This document shows positions 1 to 10,136 of a stretch of 24,110 nt of DNA, piece by piece. Under the pieces are notes generated by a model. The model was not told the origin of the DNA. It did no database searches and was given only the letters and a program-made list of their open reading frames with translations. The position numbers and the translations under genes were made by a program. Position 1 is the first letter of the stretch. Every line of letters begins with the position of its first letter. Source of the DNA: Gemmatimonadales bacterium (lineage in GTDB: Bacteria > Gemmatimonadota > Gemmatimonadetes > Gemmatimonadales > GWC2-71-9); the NCBI GenBank assembly GCA_036270745.1, contig DATBBZ010000219.1, forward strand, positions 1 to 24,110. Direction: 5' to 3'.

Positions 1-1
1 C

Positions 2-607
2 CGGCTCACCGGCCGCCTCGCCGGCGTCCAGGGCGACCGGGTCACCATCGACACGGCAGCCGGAGTGGGCTATGAGGTCGTCGTCCCGGTCACGGTGCTC
101 GAGCGACTGGGACCGGCCGGGAGCGAGGTCACTCTCGCTACGGAGCTGGTGGTCCGCGACGATGCCTGGACGCTGTACGGGTTCGGCGCGGAGACGGAGC
201 GCCGGTTTTTCCAGCGGCTGATGACGGTGTCGGGCGTCGGGCCCAAACTGGCCCTGGCCCTGGTCTCGGCCTTGGGACTGGAGCGCGGGGCCCGGGCGAT
301 CCGCGACCGCGACACGGCGACCCTCGCGTCCGTGTCGGGCGTCGGGAAGAAGACGGCCGAGCGGCTGGCGCTTGAACTGGCCGACAAGGTGGGCGACTTT
401 GTGGAAGGGGGCGCCGCCGGAGGGACCCCCGCTCCCCTCGGCGGTGGCGCCCGCGCCGCGCGACAGGCGCTCGAGCGATTGGGGTACTCGCCCGCGGATT
501 CGGACCGCGCGGTGCGGCGCGCCCTCAGTGAATCGGGGACCCAGCCGGACACCGACGCCACCGAGCCCCTGGTGCGGCGGGCCCTGCAACTCCTCACCCA
601 CGGATGA
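2..607 (+). CDS. ruvA: Holliday junction branch migration protein RuvA (5'-partial; frame open to the window edge)
   Basis: Frame 2 reads [68 protein letters not shown], i.e. OB fold, two HhH motifs and domain III. The track start at 65 is internal. Confidence 0.96.
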   Translation, partial: RLTGRLAGVQGDRVTIDTAAGVGYEVVVPVTVLERLGPAGSEVTLATELVVRDDAWTLYGFGAETERRFFQRLMTVSGVGPKLALALVSALGLERGARAIRDRDTATLASVSGVGKKTAERLALELADKVGDFVEGGAAGGTPAPLGGGARAARQALERLGYSPADSDRAVRRALSESGTQPDTDATEPLVRRALQLLTHG

Positions 608-777
608 CGATGAAGACCGCCGAGTGGATCTGCACCCGTTGTGGCAGCACCAACCGCCGCCTCGTCGAAGATGGAGAGCGGCACGCCACCGACGCGTGTG
701 TGACCTGCCACACCCGGCACGACATCGAGGCCGAGGCCCGCCCCGTCCGTTGGCAGGCGCGACCGCTCGGCTCGTGA
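604..777 (+). CDS. Small Cys4 zinc-ribbon protein, 57 aa (absent from the ORF track)
   Basis: Manual translation: [57 protein letters not shown]. Two CxxC pairs. ATGA overlap with the ruvA stop and GTGA overlap with the ruvB start, filling the gap exactly. Alternative start ATG 610. Confidence 0.8.
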   Translation: MTMKTAEWICTRCGSTNRRLVEDGERHATDACVTCHTRHDIEAEARPVRWQARPLGS

Positions 778-1805
778 GCCGGCCCGAAGTCACCACCCCC
801 GACGCGTTGCCGGACGAGCGGCTCTCGGACGCCGCCCTGCGGCCCTCCCGGCTCGACGAGTTCGTCGGCCAACCGAAGGTCAAGGAATCCCTGCAGATCG
901 CGATCGACGCGGCGCGCCGGCGCCGCGAGCCCCTGGACCACACCCTCTTCTTCGGCCCGCCGGGGCTCGGCAAGACCACGCTCGCGCTCCTGATGGCGAA
1001 GGAGATGAGCGTCGACATCCGCATCACGTCGGGACCCGTGCTCGAACGCCCCGGCGATCTGGTCGGGATACTGACGACACTCAAGCCCGGCGACATTCTT
1101 TTCATCGACGAGATTCACCGCCTCCGTCCGGCCCTCGAAGAGTTCCTCTATCCGGCCATGGAGGAGTTCCGCGTGGATGTCCGGATCGCGGATGGCCCCC
1201 ACGCCCAGAGCCTGCCGATGGCCCTGGAGCGTTTCACGCTCATCGGCGCCACCACCCGGTTCGGCCTTCTCACGCCCCCGATGCGCGCGCGGTTCGGGCT
1301 GGTGGAGCGGCTGTCGTACTATCCGCCCGACGACCTCACACACATCCTCTCCCGCTCCGCGAAGATCCTGGAGGTACCGGCGGACGCGGCGGGCGTCGTG
1401 GAGATCGCACGGCGGAGCCGCGGCACGCCGCGCGTGGCCAACCGGCTGCTCAAGCGGGTGCGCGACTTCGCACAAGTACGCGCCGGCGGCAAGATCACCG
1501 CGCCCGTGGCCCAGGACGCGCTGGCCCGCCTGGACGTGGACGAGTTCGGTCTGGACGACATGGACGCGCGGCTCCTGAAGACCATCATCGAGCAGTTTGC
1601 GGGTGGCCCGGTGGGGCTCACCACCATCGCGGCCGCGGTTGGAGAGGATCCGAGCACGCTCGAGGAAGTATATGAGCCCTTCCTGATGCAGCAGGGATTC
1701 CTGGCGCGCACACCGCGCGGCCGCTGCGCCACGGCCGCCGCGTATCGGCACTTCGGATTTCCCCCTCCCGCCACGCCCGAGCAGCCGAGCATCTTCGACG
1801 GGTGA
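774..1805 (+). CDS. ruvB: Holliday junction branch migration helicase RuvB
   Basis: [12 protein letters not shown], Walker [10 protein letters not shown], Walker [39 protein letters not shown]. Start placed at GTG 774, which overlaps the upstream stop. Confidence 0.97.
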   Translation: MSRPEVTTPDALPDERLSDAALRPSRLDEFVGQPKVKESLQIAIDAARRRREPLDHTLFFGPPGLGKTTLALLMAKEMSVDIRITSGPVLERPGDLVGILTTLKPGDILFIDEIHRLRPALEEFLYPAMEEFRVDVRIADGPHAQSLPMALERFTLIGATTRFGLLTPPMRARFGLVERLSYYPPDDLTHILSRSAKILEVPADAAGVVEIARRSRGTPRVANRLLKRVRDFAQVRAGGKITAPVAQDALARLDVDEFGLDDMDARLLKTIIEQFAGGPVGLTTIAAAVGEDPSTLEEVYEPFLMQQGFLARTPRGRCATAAAYRHFGFPPPATPEQPSIFDG

Positions 1806-2863
1806 CGAGCTCCCTTCATACCGGCGACTTCGATTACAACCTGCCGCCGGACCGCATTGCCCAAACGCCGCTCGCCGACCGTTCCGCCTCCCGCCTGCTG
1901 GTGCTGGCCCGCACGGAGAGCTCGCCGGCGCACCGGCACTTTCGCGATCTCCCGGAGCTCATCGCCCCCGGGGATGTCGTCGTCCTCAACGCCTCGAGGG
2001 TGATTCCCGCCCGGTTGCACGGCGTGCGTGAATCCCTAACGGACTCCCTGACGGTCGCGGGCAGCGACGCCGAGATCCTGCTGGTGAAGGACCTGGGGGA
2101 CGGCACCTGGGAAGCGATGGGGCACCCCGGCGGCAAGCTGAAGCCCGGACGCCGCGTGACCTTCGGTGATGACGCCGCCGTGGAAATTCTCGAAGTCCTC
2201 GGTGGCGGCCTGCGTCGGGTCCGGTTCGTCGGGTCGCTGGACGCGCGCGGCACGCTCGCGAAATACGGGGAGGTGCCACTCCCTCCGTACATCACCCGGG
2301 CGCCGGACGCGACGGACCGCGAGCGTTATCAGACGGTGTACGCAGCCCACGACGGCAGCGTGGCCGCGCCGACCGCGGGCCTGCACTTCACGCCCGAGGT
2401 CCTCATCGCCATCCGCGACCGGGGGGCGTCGATCGTCACGCTCGATCTGCATGTCGGGCCGGGAACCTTCAAGCCGGTGGACGTGGATGACCCGGCGGCG
2501 CACGTGATGCACCCGGAAGCGTTTGCCGTAAGCGGTGAGACCGCCGCAGAGATCAACGAGCGACGGGCCGCCGGCGGCCGGATCTGGGCCGTCGGCACCA
2601 CCGTCGTGCGCACGCTCGAGACGGTGGCCGATGACGCGGGACGGGTGCGGGCGGGCGCCGGCGAAACGCGAGTCTTCATCCGCCCTCCCTACCGCTTCAA
2701 GGCGGTGGACCGGATGGTCACCAACTTCCATCTTCCCCGCTCCACACTCCTCATGCTGGTCTGCGCCTTCGGCGGGATGGAGCGGGTGTTGGGCGCGTAC
2801 CGAACGGCGGTGGCAGAGGGATACCGGTTTTTCAGCTATGGGGATGCGATGGCTCTGATATGA
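1802..2863 (+). CDS. queA: S-adenosylmethionine:tRNA ribosyltransferase-isomerase
   Basis: [77 protein letters not shown]; adjacent to tgt. Confidence 0.97.
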   Translation: MTSSLHTGDFDYNLPPDRIAQTPLADRSASRLLVLARTESSPAHRHFRDLPELIAPGDVVVLNASRVIPARLHGVRESLTDSLTVAGSDAEILLVKDLGDGTWEAMGHPGGKLKPGRRVTFGDDAAVEILEVLGGGLRRVRFVGSLDARGTLAKYGEVPLPPYITRAPDATDRERYQTVYAAHDGSVAAPTAGLHFTPEVLIAIRDRGASIVTLDLHVGPGTFKPVDVDDPAAHVMHPEAFAVSGETAAEINERRAAGGRIWAVGTTVVRTLETVADDAGRVRAGAGETRVFIRPPYRFKAVDRMVTNFHLPRSTLLMLVCAFGGMERVLGAYRTAVAEGYRFFSYGDAMALI

Positions 2864-4000
<1,137 letters not shown>

Positions 4001-4004
4001 ATCG

Positions 4005-4340
4005 ATGCACGGCATCCTCGCAGTGTTCGCCCCCTCCGGCCAGGCCGGGACTCAGCCGCTCTTCGTGCTGATCATCCAGTTCGCCGCCATCGGCGGCATC
4101 CTCTACTTCCTGCTGATCCGCCCCCAGCGGCAGCAACAGAAGAAGCACCAGGACCTCCTCGCGTCGCTGCAGAAGGGCGATCAGGTGGTCACCACCGGGG
4201 GTATCATCGGCGAGGTGATCTTCATGAAGGAAAACGAAGTGACCATCAAGAGCGCCGAATCGCGTCTGCTGGTGGCCCGCAGCAACATCACGGCGGTGCT
4301 GAACCGGGATGCCGAGGGGGCGGGGGCCAAGAAGTCGTGA
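4005..4340 (+). CDS. yajC: Preprotein translocase subunit YajC
   Basis: One TM segment, then YFLLIRPQRQQQKKHQDLLASLQKGDQVVTTGGIIG; canonical position after tgt. Confidence 0.95.
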   Translation: MHGILAVFAPSGQAGTQPLFVLIIQFAAIGGILYFLLIRPQRQQQKKHQDLLASLQKGDQVVTTGGIIGEVIFMKENEVTIKSAESRLLVARSNITAVLNRDAEGAGAKKS

Positions 4341-4885
4341 GTGTCAGGTCCCTCCATGTCCTCGGCTCTCCCGTCCTGCGCGAGCGCGCCAAGCCGGTGC
4401 CGGCCGTGGACGATACGGTCCGCCAGTTCGTCGCGGATCTCTTCGACACCATGCACGCCGCGAAAGGCGTGGGGCTCGCGGCCAACCAGGTGGGTGTGTC
4501 CCTGCGCGTGGCGGTGGTCGACGTGGGAGAGGAAACCCCCGACCCCCTGGTGCTCATCAATCCCGTCGTGACCCCGCGGGGCGACCTGGTCGAGACCGCC
4601 GAAGAGGGGTGCCTTTCCATCCCCGAGATCTTCGCCGAAGTCGAACGGGCGGTGGACATCACCCTCGAGGCGCTCGATGGCGAGGGCAAGCCCTACCGGA
4701 TGGACATCTCCGGGTACAAGGCCCGCGCCGTGCAGCATGAAGTCGATCACCTTGACGGCGTTCTCTTCCTGGATCATCTGACCGCCGTGAAACGCGCGTC
4801 GCTCCTGTCCAAGTGGCGCCGGGCGCGGAAAGGACAGTCCGGCTACGTGAAAGAAGTCGTTCCGGAGCCGGCGGGCGAGCTCTAG
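4337..4885 (+). CDS. def: Peptide deformylase
   Basis: All three motifs: GVGLAANQVG, EGCLS, QHEVDHLDG. Confidence 0.97.
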   Translation: MSVRSLHVLGSPVLRERAKPVPAVDDTVRQFVADLFDTMHAAKGVGLAANQVGVSLRVAVVDVGEETPDPLVLINPVVTPRGDLVETAEEGCLSIPEIFAEVERAVDITLEALDGEGKPYRMDISGYKARAVQHEVDHLDGVLFLDHLTAVKRASLLSKWRRARKGQSGYVKEVVPEPAGEL

Positions 4886-5808
4886 TGCGGGTCGTGTTCT
4901 TCGGCACGCCGGAGTTCGCGGTGCCGTCGCTGCTCGCACTGGTCGGTGAAGGGTTCGAAGTCGCCGCCGTGGTCACGCAGCCGGACAAACCGAAGGGCCG
5001 CTCCCGCTCCACCCTCGTCGCCTCTCCCGTCAAGTCCGCCGCCCTGGGGGAGAGTCTTCCGGTCCTCCAGCCCGAGCGTCCCAAGGATCCCGCATTCGTC
5101 GCCCAGCTGAAGCTGCTCGCGCCCGATGTCGGTGTCGTGGTCGCATACGGGCACATCCTCACGCCCGAGCTCCTGGCCGTTCCCCGTCTCGGCATGGTGA
5201 ACGTGCATCCCTCACTCCTGCCCGAGCTGCGCGGCGCCGCGCCCATCGAATGGGCGATTCTGAACGGCTTCCAGAAGACGGGCGTGACCATCATGCAGAT
5301 GGAAGCGGGCCTCGACTCAGGGCCCATCCTGCATCAGATCCCGGACGCGCTGCCCGACGACGTCACCGGGGGTGAACTCTCCGAGCATCTCGCGGAGGTC
5401 GGCGCCCAGGCACTCATCGAAGCGCTGGCCCTGATGGCGGGCGACGGGCTGAAGCCGGTACCGCAGCATCATGATCGTGCGACCTACGCGCCGAAGCTCA
5501 CCCGCGAAACGGGTCACCTCGCGTGGGACCGGGACGCGCCGGCGCTGCGCCGCACCATTCTGGCGCTCGATCCCAAACCGGGCGCGTGGACGACGCTCGA
5601 CGGCCTCGAAGTGAAGCTCTTCGGCGCCACCCCGGCGGCGGGGAGCGGGACGCCCGGTGACGTGCTCCGCGCGGAGCGCGAACTGGTCATCGCCACTGGT
5701 GCGGGAGCGCTCGCGATCGCGGAAGTGCAACCCGCCGGAAAGCCGCGCCTCTCCGCGCTCGACTGGATCCGCGGCCGCGGGGTTCGAGCCGGACAGCGGA
5801 TGGTGTGA
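4885..5808 (+). CDS. fmt: Methionyl-tRNA formyltransferase
   Basis: GTG 4885 shares one base with the def TAG. MRVVFFGTPEFA, VVTQPDKPKGR, VVVAYGHIL, NVHPSLLPELRGAAPI. Confidence 0.96.
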   Translation: MRVVFFGTPEFAVPSLLALVGEGFEVAAVVTQPDKPKGRSRSTLVASPVKSAALGESLPVLQPERPKDPAFVAQLKLLAPDVGVVVAYGHILTPELLAVPRLGMVNVHPSLLPELRGAAPIEWAILNGFQKTGVTIMQMEAGLDSGPILHQIPDALPDDVTGGELSEHLAEVGAQALIEALALMAGDGLKPVPQHHDRATYAPKLTRETGHLAWDRDAPALRRTILALDPKPGAWTTLDGLEVKLFGATPAAGSGTPGDVLRAERELVIATGAGALAIAEVQPAGKPRLSALDWIRGRGVRAGQRMV

Positions 5809-6434
5809 CCGCCCACCGGCCAGCGGAGCTCCCCCGGCTGCACGCCGTCACCGACGAACGGATCGCCCACCTGGCTGACCTGGCCGACCGTTCCCAGGCC
5901 CTGAGCTCCGCCGGGACCGTGGCACTCCATGCCCGCGGCCACTCGCTTTCCGGTCGCGACCATCTCACCCTCGCCCAGCTCCTCCGGGCCGCCGCACCCG
6001 AGCACCTCTTCGTGAATGACCGGCTCGACGTCGCGCTGGCGGTCGATGCCACGGGAGTTCAGCTCTCCACCAACGGCCTCTCTCCGGAGGAGGCCCGCCG
6101 GTTGCACCAGGCCTGGTGGATCGGCGTGTCCGTCCATACACCCGAAGAAGCCGCAGCCGCGCAAGCTGGGGGAGCCGACTATCTTTTGGTGGGGCCGGTC
6201 TTTGCGACCCCCTCGCATCCGGAAAGGCACCCCTTGGGAGTAGAGGGACTGACCCGGTTCACCGGGCTGGGCCTTCCGGTGGTCGCGATCGGCGGGATCA
6301 GCCGGGCCAACGCGCGGGACGTGGTAGCCGCGGGCGCCCATGGAGTGGCGATGATCCGCGCCCTCTGGGACGCTCCCGACCCCGCTCGCGCGGCGCACGA
6401 GATAATGAAGGAGATGGCGTGGAAATCGTCGTGA
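5805..6434 (+). CDS. ThiE/TenI (TMP-TENI) family TIM-barrel protein
   Basis: LHAVTD, VNDRLDVA, IGVSVHT, ADYLLVGPVFATPSHP, VVAIGGI; directly upstream of thiS-thiG. Family is clear, but ThiE versus TenI is not (see findings), so no symbol is given. Confidence 0.85.
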   Translation: MTAHRPAELPRLHAVTDERIAHLADLADRSQALSSAGTVALHARGHSLSGRDHLTLAQLLRAAAPEHLFVNDRLDVALAVDATGVQLSTNGLSPEEARRLHQAWWIGVSVHTPEEAAAAQAGGADYLLVGPVFATPSHPERHPLGVEGLTRFTGLGLPVVAIGGISRANARDVVAAGAHGVAMIRALWDAPDPARAAHEIMKEMAWKSS

Positions 6435-6619
6435 ACGGAGAGCCCCGCACGGTGGCCGGGGGCGCGACACTCCTGGAGCTCTTGCAGACCTGGTCGCTGG
6501 ACCCCCGCGCGGTCGTGGTCGAGCACAACCGGAAGATCGTCCGCCGTCCGTCCCTCGGGGACGTGCGCGTGGAGCCGGGGGACAAGATCGAGCTGGTGCA
6601 GTTCGTGGGAGGCGGATGA
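6419..6619 (+). CDS. thiS: Sulfur carrier protein ThiS, 66 aa
   Basis: GTG 6419 with AAGGAG at 6408-6413. MEIVVNGEPR..VVVEHNRKIV..GDKIELVQFVGGG with the C-terminal GG. Confidence 0.94.
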   Translation: MEIVVNGEPRTVAGGATLLELLQTWSLDPRAVVVEHNRKIVRRPSLGDVRVEPGDKIELVQFVGGG

Positions 6620-7392
6620 TGGACACGCCCTTCGTGGTGGGCGGCCAGACTTTCCGCTCCCGGCTGATGATCGGCACCGGCAAGTACCGGGACAACGAAG
6701 CGATGGTACGCGCCATCGAGGCGACCGGTGCGGACGTCGTCACCGTGGCCGTGCGGCGCGTAGATCTCGACCGCACCGCTGACGGCAGCATCCTCAAGTA
6801 CCTCGACCCGAAGCGGTTCTTTCTCCTCGCCAACACCGCCGGTTGCTACACGGCCGATGAAGCCGTCAGGTACGCGCGTCTGGCCCGCGAGGCCGGCTTC
6901 AATGACTTCGTGAAGCTCGAGGTCATCGGTGATCAGGAAACCCTGCTCCCCGACGTCGCCGGACTTCTCGAGGCCGCCCGCACGCTGGTGGCCGAGGGCT
7001 TCAAGGTGCTGGCGTACACCAACGAAGATCTCATTACCGCCCTGCGGCTCGAGGAAGCGGGTTGCGCCGCGGTGATGCCCCTGGCCTCGCCCATTGGAAG
7101 CGGGCTGGGGCTGCTCAACCCCGTGAGCGTGCGGACCATCAAACGCCGCCTCAAGGTGCCGGTGATCGTCGACGCCGGAGTCGGGACCGCGTCGGACGCC
7201 TGTCTTACCATGGAGCAGGGCGTGGACGGCATCCTCATGAATACCGCGGTCGCCGCAGCCCGGGACCCGGTCCAGATGGGCCACGCGATGCGGCTTGCCG
7301 TCGAAGCCGGGCGCTCCGCCTACCTGGCGGGCCGGATGCCGAAGCGCGAAGTGGCCGTGCCGTCTTCCCCCACCGAGGGTATGCTGGATTAA
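6616..7392 (+). CDS. thiG: Thiazole synthase
   Basis: IGTGKY, LANTAGC, VKLEVIGD (Schiff-base Lys), VMPLASPIGSGLG, VIVDAGVG, MNTAVA. The second ATG at 6619 is better spaced from GGAGG 6608-6612. Confidence 0.97.
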   Translation: MMDTPFVVGGQTFRSRLMIGTGKYRDNEAMVRAIEATGADVVTVAVRRVDLDRTADGSILKYLDPKRFFLLANTAGCYTADEAVRYARLAREAGFNDFVKLEVIGDQETLLPDVAGLLEAARTLVAEGFKVLAYTNEDLITALRLEEAGCAAVMPLASPIGSGLGLLNPVSVRTIKRRLKVPVIVDAGVGTASDACLTMEQGVDGILMNTAVAAARDPVQMGHAMRLAVEAGRSAYLAGRMPKREVAVPSSPTEGMLD

Positions 7393-8671
7393 GGACGCGA
7401 CCGCGGCGCGCCGCGCGGCGCTCGCGATCCTCCGCGCCGTGGCCCGCGGTGTGCCATTCGATCAGGCGCGCGACCGGGCGGTGACCGCGCTGGAGACCCG
7501 GGACCGCCGCCTCGCACACGAGCTCGCCGCGGGCGTCCTCCGCCGGCGCGCCGAGTTGGACCGGATCCTCGATCTTTCCCGCGCGGACCCCCGCCTGCAC
7601 GACGTGCTCCGACTCGGCGCCTACCAGCTCCGATGGCTGGACCGGGTCCCGGCCCACGCTGCGGTGTCCACGAGCGTCGAGCTGGCCCGGGAGACGGCCG
7701 GCGAGGCGGCGAGCGGATACGTCAATCAGGCCCTGCGGCGGCTCGGCGAGCGCCCATCGGACCCGGCGGACGGGGACCGCGTGCCGACGCACCCCGAGTG
7801 GCTGCTGCGCCGGTGGGTCGACCAGTTCGGCACTCAGCAAGCTCAGGAATTGGCGGACTGGAACGACAGCCATCCGCCCCTCACGGTCCAGGCCGCGCGG
7901 TGGGACCAGCAGGTCCTCGCGTCGCGCTTCGTCCAGGCGGGGCTGACGGTGGAGCCCGCTCCGTGGGATGCCGGACTCCACCTCCGCCGCGCCGGACCGG
8001 ACGACGCGCTCGCCCCGCCAAGGTTCCCTGGTTTCGACGCCGGCGGCTTCATCGTGCAGGATGCCTCGGCACAGCTGGTCTGCCGGTTCGCCGCGATTCC
8101 TCAAGGCGCCCGCTGCTACGACGCCTGCGCGGCACCGGGCGGCAAGTCGGTGACCCTGGAGCGGCTCGGGGCCCAGGTGGTGGCCGGTGACGTTCGTCGG
8201 GACCGGCTGGTCCGGCTGAGCGAGAATCTGAGACGCGCCGGAGTGGCGATTCGGGTGCTTTGCGCCGATCTTCTCTCCGCGCCCTTCCCGAACGACAGTT
8301 GGGACGTAGTGGTGGTGGACGCGCCCTGCACCGCCACCGGCACCATGGCTCGGCACCCCGACGCACGCTGGCGGATCACGCCCGACGCCATCGAGCGCGC
8401 CGCCACTCGTCAGCGTCTCCTGCTCCGCACCGCGGCCCAGCTGGTGCGGCGCGGGGGGACGCTGGTGTACGCGACGTGCTCGCTGGAACCTGAGGAGAAT
8501 GAAGCGATCGTGGAGGACTTCCTGACGCACGAGCGGAGCTTCGGCCGGGCCCCGGTGACCGACGCGGTGCCGCGGCGGCTCCTGCTCACGCCCGCGGGAG
8601 ACCTCCAGACCGTGCCGCACCGCGATCAGATGGATGGAGCGTTCGCGGCCCGCCTGGAGCGCGCTCGCTGA
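7388..8671 (+). CDS. rsmB: 16S rRNA m5C967 methyltransferase RsmB/Sun family (start uncertain; ATT 7388 proposed)
   Basis: NusB-like N-terminus (ARRAALAILRAV..LRLGAYQL..HAAVSTSVELA..GYVNQALRR), DACAAPGGKS, VDAPCTATG, YATCSLEPEENE. Confidence 0.9.
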   Translation: MKDATAARRAALAILRAVARGVPFDQARDRAVTALETRDRRLAHELAAGVLRRRAELDRILDLSRADPRLHDVLRLGAYQLRWLDRVPAHAAVSTSVELARETAGEAASGYVNQALRRLGERPSDPADGDRVPTHPEWLLRRWVDQFGTQQAQELADWNDSHPPLTVQAARWDQQVLASRFVQAGLTVEPAPWDAGLHLRRAGPDDALAPPRFPGFDAGGFIVQDASAQLVCRFAAIPQGARCYDACAAPGGKSVTLERLGAQVVAGDVRRDRLVRLSENLRRAGVAIRVLCADLLSAPFPNDSWDVVVVDAPCTATGTMARHPDARWRITPDAIERAATRQRLLLRTAAQLVRRGGTLVYATCSLEPEENEAIVEDFLTHERSFGRAPVTDAVPRRLLLTPAGDLQTVPHRDQMDGAFAARLERAR

Positions 8672-9462
8672 TGCGCTTCCGACGCCACCTGCCGCCGCTC
8701 TCGACGTGGGGCGCCGCCGTGCGCGCGCCCGAGCTGCAGGTAGACCGTAAGAGTGCGCTGCGGTGGGCCGGCTACTGCGCAGCCGCCGCCCTCGCCGGGT
8801 ATCTCCTGGCCGCCCTGCTCCTCTTTCCAGCGCCGGTCTTCCGCTCCCGGCATCCGGTGCCGCGCGTGCTCGGGCTCTCGCGGACGGACGCCTTGGCGGC
8901 CCTGCAGAAGGCCCAGCTGCAGGTGCGGGATTCGGGCACCGAGCCCCACCCCACGGCGCCAGCGGGCACGGTCATCTGGCAGGATCCTCCTCCCGGAGTG
9001 GATGCCCCCACGGGGACGCGCGTGGGCATCGTCACCAGCAATGGTCCGTCGAAGGTGGCCGTCCCCGACGTGACGGGCTACGATGCAGCGATGGCCCAGC
9101 AGATTCTCAGTGCCGCGGGGCTGATGGTCTCGCGCACCGACTCCGTGCAGGCGCCGAATGTGGCGCCGGGGCTGGTGGTGGTCACCCGCCCGCCCGCCAC
9201 CAGTGTGGCGAACCCCGGCACCGGCGTAGTCCTCGTGATCAACCGCGGCGCGCCGACCATCCCCGTCCCGGATGTGGTGGGCATGGCCCTCTCGGACGCG
9301 AGGGAGAAACTCGAAGAGGCCGGCTTGGTCGTCGGCGCCGTGACGCGCCGCCGGGTGTCGGGCGCGAACCCCGGTACCGTCATCGGTCAGTCCCCCGCGG
9401 CGGCGACGCTCGCGGCGCCGGGATTGGTCGTGGACCTCATTGTCGCGCGGGCCCCGCAATGA
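8671..9462 (+). CDS. Membrane-anchored protein with three PASTA domains and no kinase domain
   Basis: N-terminal TM (AAAALAGYLLAALLLF), then three repeats starting PRVLGLS, PDVTGYD and PDVVGMA, the first and third ending GTVIxQxP. TGATG overlap with rsmB. Confidence 0.88.
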   Translation: MRFRRHLPPLSTWGAAVRAPELQVDRKSALRWAGYCAAAALAGYLLAALLLFPAPVFRSRHPVPRVLGLSRTDALAALQKAQLQVRDSGTEPHPTAPAGTVIWQDPPPGVDAPTGTRVGIVTSNGPSKVAVPDVTGYDAAMAQQILSAAGLMVSRTDSVQAPNVAPGLVVVTRPPATSVANPGTGVVLVINRGAPTIPVPDVVGMALSDAREKLEEAGLVVGAVTRRRVSGANPGTVIGQSPAAATLAAPGLVVDLIVARAPQ

Positions 9463-10136
9463 GCCGCGGGGGGAGCGTGCGCATCGCGCCGAGTATTCTG
9501 TCCGCCGACCTGCCCCGGCTGGCCGAGCAGGTGGACCAGGTGGCCAAGGGAGGCGCGGACTGGCTGCACGTGGACGTGATGGATGGGCGCTTCGTTCCCA
9601 ACCTGACGTTCGGCGCCAACATGGTCACGGCCTTGAAGAAGATTTCGAGCCTGCCGGTCGACGTCCATCTGATGGTGGTCGAACCCGAGCATTACATCGC
9701 GCCCATGGCGGACGCCGGAGCGGCCAGCCTCACATTTCATCCTGAGGCCACGATCCACGTGCAGCGCCAGCTCGCCGCCGTCCGCCAGCGCGGCATGAAG
9801 GCCGGGCTGGCGCTGAATCCCGGCACCCCGCTCGGCCGTGCGGAGGAGGTGCTGGACGACATCGATCTCCTCCTGATCATGACGGTCAATCCGGGCTTCG
9901 GCGGGCAGAGCTACCTCCCCGCATCGGACCGGAAGATTCAGAGGGCCAAGTCGCTCCTGTCCGGGAGCAGGCGGGACATCTACCTCGAAGTGGATGGCGG
10001 CATCGGCCTCGACACCATCGCAAGTGCCCACGCGGCGGGCGCCGATACGTTCGTCGCGGGTCAGGCCGTCTTCGGCGCCACGGATCCGGGCGCTCAGGTC
10101 AGGGAGCTGCGCCGCCGCTGCGGAGCGGCCACGTGA
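9459..10136 (+). CDS. rpe: Ribulose-phosphate 3-epimerase
   Basis: ATG 9459 overlaps the upstream TGA. IAPSILSAD, LHVDVMDGRFVPNLTFG, DVHLMV, MTVNPGFGGQ, EVDGGI. Confidence 0.97.
   Translation: MSRGGSVRIAPSILSADLPRLAEQVDQVAKGGADWLHVDVMDGRFVPNLTFGANMVTALKKISSLPVDVHLMVVEPEHYIAPMADAGAASLTFHPEATIHVQRQLAAVRQRGMKAGLALNPGTPLGRAEEVLDDIDLLLIMTVNPGFGGQSYLPASDRKIQRAKSLLSGSRRDIYLEVDGGIGLDTIASAHAAGADTFVAGQAVFGATDPGAQVRELRRRCGAAT

Noticed and set aside
697-711. CVTCH in the ruvA-ruvB microprotein as a haem c motif
   Set aside because: No signal peptide or TM segment for export, and a second CxxC pair makes a Cys4 zinc site more parsimonious.
372-773. Long N-terminal extensions in the ORF track (ruvB 372, fmt 4813, thiS 6116, rsmB 7295, rpe 8763, lgt 12523, acpS 15971)
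   Set aside because: They overlap upstream genes extensively and are low-complexity. Family motifs begin at the downstream starts that overlap the preceding stop codons.
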